This document shows, piece after piece, positions 58,018 through 64,000 of a stretch of 64,000 nt of DNA. Every line of letters starts with the position of its first letter. Positions within the stretch are counted from its first letter, which is position 1. The notes beneath the pieces were generated by a model. It was not told where the DNA came from, made no database searches, and saw only the letters and a program-made list of their open reading frames with translations. Source of the stretch: Trueperaceae bacterium (GTDB lineage: Bacteria; Deinococcota; Deinococci; Deinococcales; Trueperaceae). The stretch is taken from contig OZ243913.1 of NCBI GenBank assembly GCA_965213705.1, positions 896,001 through 960,000 on the forward strand, in the 5' to 3' direction. Position numbers and translations under genes: made by a program.

Positions 58018-60026
58018 CCACCTGGATTGAGAATGAGAATTTGTTTTTCGTCTTCTAGGGTCAGTTCGGCTTGTTCGCCTTTGAGACTTGTCAACACGAT
58101 GTCGGTACCCGGAATGGTTTGCCCCAAGTTGACAATGACCGGGGTTGCAGCCTCGTTGGACCTGAACACGCCCACGCCGACCGCACTGATGACGTAACCC
58201 GTAAAACGGTAGTTGCCGTCGCGCAAAAACCGGGTCAGCCCGGACGTGCCCGCCGCTATCGGGTTGCCCAGGGCCGGGCCGCGGCCGGACGTACCGGCCA
58301 GCGGTAGGGGTTCGGCCTCGTTGACCTCGGCTTGCGGCAGCGCGGGGGGCGCGGCGTCGGCGAAGTTCGGGCTGGTTGCGCGGCCGGGCACGCGCAGCGC
58401 GGCCAGTTCGACCAGGGGTGCAACCTCAGGTGTGGCGGCCGCGGCGACAGGCTCGGCGCGCGTCGTCCTTAGCAGGTCGGGTGTGACCGGCAGGGTGCCG
58501 CCGGGGAGGGGCCGTGGCAGGGACGCCACGACGCCGGCGCGCGGTGTGAGCGGTTGGGGTGCGGGGGCGGTGACGCGGGTCGGCACCTGGGGCGCGCTCA
58601 CCTCTATGGGGACGCCCGCAGCGACGGGGGCGTCGGGAATCGGCACGTCGACAATGCCGGACGGTGTGCTGGGCGGTGCCAAACTAAAGTCCGAAGAACC
58701 CGCCGGGGCAACGCTTGGTGCGGCGAAAACTTGGGTTTGGGGTTGCTCGGGCGGCGGGGCGAGCAGGATGGGCGAAAAAGGATTGACTGTCGCCCGCAGT
58801 TCGCCGTTCGGGCGGGCTAAGTCCAAGTCCGGCGCAGCGCCCGCCTCCGGGGTGTCCAGGGCAGGAGGTTCGGTGACCAGAAAGGGCAGTTCGGCGACCT
58901 CGACCTCTCGAGCCGTCAGGGGACCGTCGGTCGCCACCACGCCCAAGCGTTCACTCCCTTCGGTTTGCGCATCCGTGGTTTGTGTATCCGTGGTTTGCGC
59001 AACCGTGGTTTCTGAAACCGTCTGCGCTGTCTCCGCTTGCGCACTCTCCGTCTGTGCAATCTCCGTTTGTCCAGTCTCCATCTGTGCGGGCTCGACTGCG
59101 GGAGCGTCAGGCGCTGAGCCGGCTACCGCTGTGCTGTCTACCGCTGCGCCGGCTACCCCTAAGCTGCCTACCGCTAAGCCGTCTACCGTTGCGCCGTCAA
59201 GCGCCGAAGAGTCGGCCAGGGGAGTAGCTTCTATACCGACGGGCGACGCGTCCGGCAGCGGCGTGTCCGACACCGATGAACCTGACGCCGACGAACCTGA
59301 CGCCGACGAATCTAGCGCTGATGAATTTAACACCGGCGCAGTTGACGCGCCCGGTACCGGCGTCTCGACCGGGGGGGCAACCTGCTGGGCGGCAGAGGCC
59401 GCGTCGGTATTTTGAGGTTCTACTTGCTCCAACGCCGCACCCTCGAGCGCCGCACCCTCCAACGCCGCACCTTCAACCGTTGGGACGGCGACCGCCGTCC
59501 CAACGACCGGGCCTTCGGCCGCTACGTCCTGGCCTGCCAGAGCTACGTCCTGGCCTGCCGAACCGTCACCCTCGACGGCGGCAGCTCCGGACGATTCGCG
59601 CCCAGGCACAGAAGCTTGAACTGAAGCTCGAGCGGCAGTTTCGGCCGCGTCGACCGGGGTCGGCAGGTCGCTGTCGCCGCCGGTCGAGGCGGCGCTGGCG
59701 GCCGTGTCCGGGGCGAGCGTGTTCGCAAAGGCCGAGCCCGACGTCTCGCCTGCGGAGGCGCCGGTGTCAGCAGCCTGGGTGTCGGCAGCCTGGGCGTCCG
59801 TGCGTTGGGTGTCCGCGACTTGGGCGCCTGCGAGTTGCGTGTCTGTAGCGACGTCGGGTGCGACTTGGGTGGCCGCTTCGGGGGTGGTTTCGTTCAGGCT
59901 GGCGAGGGGTACGGCCGGCGTGGTGAACGCTTGTCTGTTCTGGCTGAAGTAGTTGACCCACACCCAGGCGGCGGCGGCCACAAAGACCAACGCGAGCAGT
60001 ACCCTCGCCTCTCTCGAGATTCTCAT
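58014..60026 (-). CDS. Membrane-anchored low-complexity protein in the Thermus pilW position
   Basis: N-terminal TM, long A/T/P/E-rich linker, NPFSP motif and small C-terminal beta domain; lies between pilO and pilQ. Confidence 0.65.
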   Translation of the reverse strand: MRISREARVLLALVFVAAAAWVWVNYFSQNRQAFTTPAVPLASLNETTPEAATQVAPDVATDTQLAGAQVADTQRTDAQAADTQAADTGASAGETSGSAFANTLAPDTAASAASTGGDSDLPTPVDAAETAARASVQASVPGRESSGAAAVEGDGSAGQDVALAGQDVAAEGPVVGTAVAVPTVEGAALEGAALEGAALEQVEPQNTDAASAAQQVAPPVETPVPGASTAPVLNSSALDSSASGSSASGSSVSDTPLPDASPVGIEATPLADSSALDGATVDGLAVGSLGVAGAAVDSTAVAGSAPDAPAVEPAQMETGQTEIAQTESAQAETAQTVSETTVAQTTDTQTTDAQTEGSERLGVVATDGPLTAREVEVAELPFLVTEPPALDTPEAGAAPDLDLARPNGELRATVNPFSPILLAPPPEQPQTQVFAAPSVAPAGSSDFSLAPPSTPSGIVDVPIPDAPVAAGVPIEVSAPQVPTRVTAPAPQPLTPRAGVVASLPRPLPGGTLPVTPDLLRTTRAEPVAAAATPEVAPLVELAALRVPGRATSPNFADAAPPALPQAEVNEAEPLPLAGTSGRGPALGNPIAAGTSGLTRFLRDGNYRFTGYVISAVGVGVFRSNEAATPVIVNLGQTIPGTDIVLTSLKGEQAELTLEDEKQILILNPGG

Positions 60027-60619
60027 GGGCACTCCCCTGAGTTCGGATTCACGCCGGTATAAACGTAGACGGTAAAGTCATAGCTGGCGTCCAGGGCAGG
60101 GTTGTCGACGGCGTCGTCGTTGAGCGCCAAGTTGACCTGACGAATTTTGGTAAAACGTTGCAAGCTCTCGAGTAGGTCCAAAAACTTCATCGTTTGGACG
60201 TAGCTCCCGGCGGTGGCGACCGAAAAGCCCAGCGAACGCACCGACTCTATTTCCTCGCTGTCGGGGCCGCCCTGGGAGACGCTGCTGAATTCGACCCCGG
60301 CCGTCTCTGCGCCCTCGCGCAACTGGTCGAGCAGGCTTGACACTTCGCTGGCAAGGGGCAACTCGGCCAGAAAGGCGCAACGCTCTCCTTGCAGCGCTAA
60401 GATGTCGGCTTCTAAGGAGACGATGCTGTCCCGAGCGATTTCGCCGGTGCGAATGTCGGCGTTGAGCGCCTCTATTTGTACGTCCAAGTCGGCGATACGC
60501 GCTTGCGCCGGACGGTACAAGTAAAAGTACCAAAGCAAACTCAGCAAAACCGTCACCACGATGATGAGAAGGGCGACGTCGCGTTGCCGCAGTTTGCTGA
60601 GGCTGAAACTCAGTTTCAT
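60023..60619 (-). CDS. pilO: Type IV pilus protein PilO
   Basis: N-terminal TM, coiled coil, LP...EVSSLL, GSY....FL..LE.LQRF. Confidence 0.85.
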   Translation of the reverse strand: MKLSFSLSKLRQRDVALLIIVVTVLLSLLWYFYLYRPAQARIADLDVQIEALNADIRTGEIARDSIVSLEADILALQGERCAFLAELPLASEVSSLLDQLREGAETAGVEFSSVSQGGPDSEEIESVRSLGFSVATAGSYVQTMKFLDLLESLQRFTKIRQVNLALNDDAVDNPALDASYDFTVYVYTGVNPNSGECP

Positions 60620-61245
60620 TGTGTTTCTCCGACCGCGCTGAGCACGTCCCCGACCGCGCCGATGCTTAAACTGTAGGTGTAAATACCCGTTTCCTCGTCA
60701 CGAGCGGCGCTCTGAAAAGAAACGCCGAAGTCGGGTGAGGTTTCCAGGGCTTGAACGAACTCGACCAACACTTCAGGGTTGACGACGTTGCCGCTGACGT
60801 CCATTTCGGCGACGACCGGCCGCCCTTCAAAGCGGCTTTCGTCGGCACTGGGCGGCGTGACGGCCCGCATGGTCAAACTTTGAAAGTCGATGCGGGGGCG
60901 CAACGCCTCGCCCTGCGAAGGCAAAGTCTCGAGCACCGCCCCCAGTTCGCCGGTCCACATGATGCGGTCGGCCTGGACCGCGTTGCGAACCCCGATGAGG
61001 TCGTTGAGTTGCTGTTGCTGCGCGACGAGTTCGTTGCGGCGCGCGATAAACTCTTGCAGGGCCGCCTTGCGCGCCTCGAGCGTAACGACCTCCGCTTGTT
61101 TGTTGGCGACCGTTTGGTTGACCGCGTACTGCACAAAAGCGAGCGTGCCGAGCACCAAAAGCGGGAACAGCACCGCGACAAAACGCCAGTAGCCGGGCTC
61201 GCGCACCCGCCGCAAATGCTTGGGAAGTAAGTTGACGTTAATCAA
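60616..61245 (-). CDS. pilN: Type IV pilus protein PilN
   Basis: INVNLLP motif, TM, coiled coil. Confidence 0.88.
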   Translation of the reverse strand: MINVNLLPKHLRRVREPGYWRFVAVLFPLLVLGTLAFVQYAVNQTVANKQAEVVTLEARKAALQEFIARRNELVAQQQQLNDLIGVRNAVQADRIMWTGELGAVLETLPSQGEALRPRIDFQSLTMRAVTPPSADESRFEGRPVVAEMDVSGNVVNPEVLVEFVQALETSPDFGVSFQSAARDEETGIYTYSLSIGAVGDVLSAVGETQ

Positions 61246-62425
61246 CGGCGCTCACCCCTCGCAAGGCCAAACCCAAAGGCACCGCGAACTCGGGTCCGAC
61301 CCGGAGCAAGTACTGCGTGTCGAAGCGGTTCGGGTCAATTGTCACGGTGAGCCACGGGTCGCCGAGTTCGACCTTGAACCCCAGCGCGTCGCCGATGGCT
61401 TCGGGCAGGCCGCGCAGCTTGGCGCCGCCGCCGGTGACAAACACCCGGTTGATGTTGGCGTCGCCGGCTTGAACCCGGAAAAATTCCAAACTGCGCCTGA
61501 TTTCGGTCGTCAGGTCGACCAGCACCGGACGCAACGCCTCGTAAACGCGGCTCGGGCTGAACTGTTCACGTTTGACGTCGAAGTTGAGCAACTCTTCTTC
61601 GTCTTCGGTGGGAATGGTGGCGGTGCCGTAGTCGAGCTTGACCTCTTCGGCGCTGTCGAAGTCCAGCCCGAACGAGCGCTGGATGGCGGCGGTGAACTCG
61701 TCGCCCGACACGCCGATGTTGCGGTTCATCAGGACGCGGTCGCCGCGGACCAGGGTAATCGTCGTGTTCGAGGCGGCGATTTCCAGCACCACCCCGATTT
61801 CACCGCCCTCGGTGTAGGTGTTGCCGACCAGGGTGGTTTTGTCGAGGTGTTCGCCCAACAGCGAGCCGCGCAGCGAGCGCAACAGGCTGAACGGTTTGAT
61901 GTCCACGACCACGGGTTCCAACCCCGCCAGCCGCAAGTAGTCGACCTGCTCGGTTACTAAGTCCAGTCTGGCCGCGGCGATGACGACCTCCAACTGCTGG
62001 TCGTCCTCCACGTCGTTCGGGTTGTCGAGGACGTAGTAGTCGAGGACGACCTCGTCGATAGGAAAGGGAATATAGCGTTCGGCTTCCCACTTGATGGCCT
62101 CGTCGAGTTCGGCCAGGGTCATTTTCGGCACCTGGATGTTGCGCGTGATGGCCTGGCGGTTGCTGACCGCCGTGGCGACAAAGCGTTTTGATATGCCCGC
62201 TTCCTCGAACAGGGCTTTTACTTCGGCGGCCAGACCGGCCGCGTCAACGATGTTGTCGTCTTGAATGAGGCCGGGGGGCATGGGCCGCAGGGCCAGGGTG
62301 ACGAGGCTGGGTGGGGACCCCCCGTGCAGCTCGACCACTTTGATGGCGCTCGTGCCAATTTCCAACCCGACAGCTTCCGTGCGGGGATTGAACAAGCGCG
62401 TCAAAGAATCGCGCAGTGAAGCCAT
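61238..62425 (-). CDS. pilM: Type IV pilus protein PilM
   Basis: GLEIGTSAIK, WEAERYIPFP, EIRRSL.FF, TGGG, GLALRG. Confidence 0.93.
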   Translation of the reverse strand: MASLRDSLTRLFNPRTEAVGLEIGTSAIKVVELHGGSPPSLVTLALRPMPPGLIQDDNIVDAAGLAAEVKALFEEAGISKRFVATAVSNRQAITRNIQVPKMTLAELDEAIKWEAERYIPFPIDEVVLDYYVLDNPNDVEDDQQLEVVIAAARLDLVTEQVDYLRLAGLEPVVVDIKPFSLLRSLRGSLLGEHLDKTTLVGNTYTEGGEIGVVLEIAASNTTITLVRGDRVLMNRNIGVSGDEFTAAIQRSFGLDFDSAEEVKLDYGTATIPTEDEEELLNFDVKREQFSPSRVYEALRPVLVDLTTEIRRSLEFFRVQAGDANINRVFVTGGGAKLRGLPEAIGDALGFKVELGDPWLTVTIDPNRFDTQYLLRVGPEFAVPLGLALRGVSAVD

Positions 62426-62902
62426 AGTGTCCCCTCCTTAAGTCAGGTCAAGTTAGCACGCACCTAAAAACGCGGGAGGTAAAATTTTCGCACTTCGGAA
62501 AATGGAAAATATCCGAGTTTCAGCAGGTTTTCTCGGAAAACTCGCTCCTTTGGCAAAGCTCGGCACAAGAGCACACCGCCCTCGCTGAGCCGAGTGAAAA
62601 ATGCCCCGTGCAAGAGAAAGACCGAAACGCACGCCTCTTGCTCGGCCATTAACCAAACGGCTCGAGCCGGCGTTTTCTGCAGCCGGCGTTTTCAGTTGGT
62701 GTTAAGACAAATATTGAAACGGCTGCGTGGGTCGACTTTTTCTCGCATCCGCTTGTCTGAGCGTCTCAGTGACTCATGAAAAAGCCAACCGCTGCACTTT
62801 GCGAACGGACAAACTTGATGACTCGGCTTGACAACTCAGAACTTAAAAACCTCACTCCGGTTACGCGTCGGGGTGAGGTTCGGTGTTTGGGGCAAACCGT
62901 TG

Positions 62903-64000
<1,098 letters not shown>

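Overview
High-GC bacterial chromosome segment, most consistent with Deinococcota (Trueperales-like). This assignment rests on the pilM-N-O-W-Q-aroCKBQ gene order, a Deinococcus/Thermus-type HerA, dnaJ-hspR, many apparently leaderless genes and abundant CTCGAG. Core genes: glpK/glpD, a MalE/F/G-type and an Frc-type sugar ABC system, dprA, cysS, dnaJ-hspR, korAB, mreB, herA, lepA, scpB, the aro operon, type IV pilus/competence genes, partial ftsH and four tRNAs (Asp, Phe, Thr, Cys). A patchwork accessory region runs from tRNA-Cys to korB (~21.0-31.4 kb). It holds gene relics, PIN-type toxin-antitoxin modules, an IS630 fragment, AT-rich orphan genes and a split RimK-like ATP-grasp. The most notable observations are: (1) a family of ~100-200 bp intergenic elements whose ends resemble the end of the IS630 fragment and which abut or supply neighbouring start codons; (2) AT-rich orphan genes with shared attC-like half sites, suggesting scattered integron-cassette relics; (3) a Uma2 nuclease-HerA-putative ADP-ribosyltransferase-fold trio with no nurA; (4) a dispersed ACCGAGT heptamer repeat family; (5) a GGDEF-EAL gene split by one in-frame TGA at a conserved Trp; (6) a SpeD homolog lacking the catalytic Cys. 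All family calls come from motif recognition by eye; no database searches or folding programs were run.
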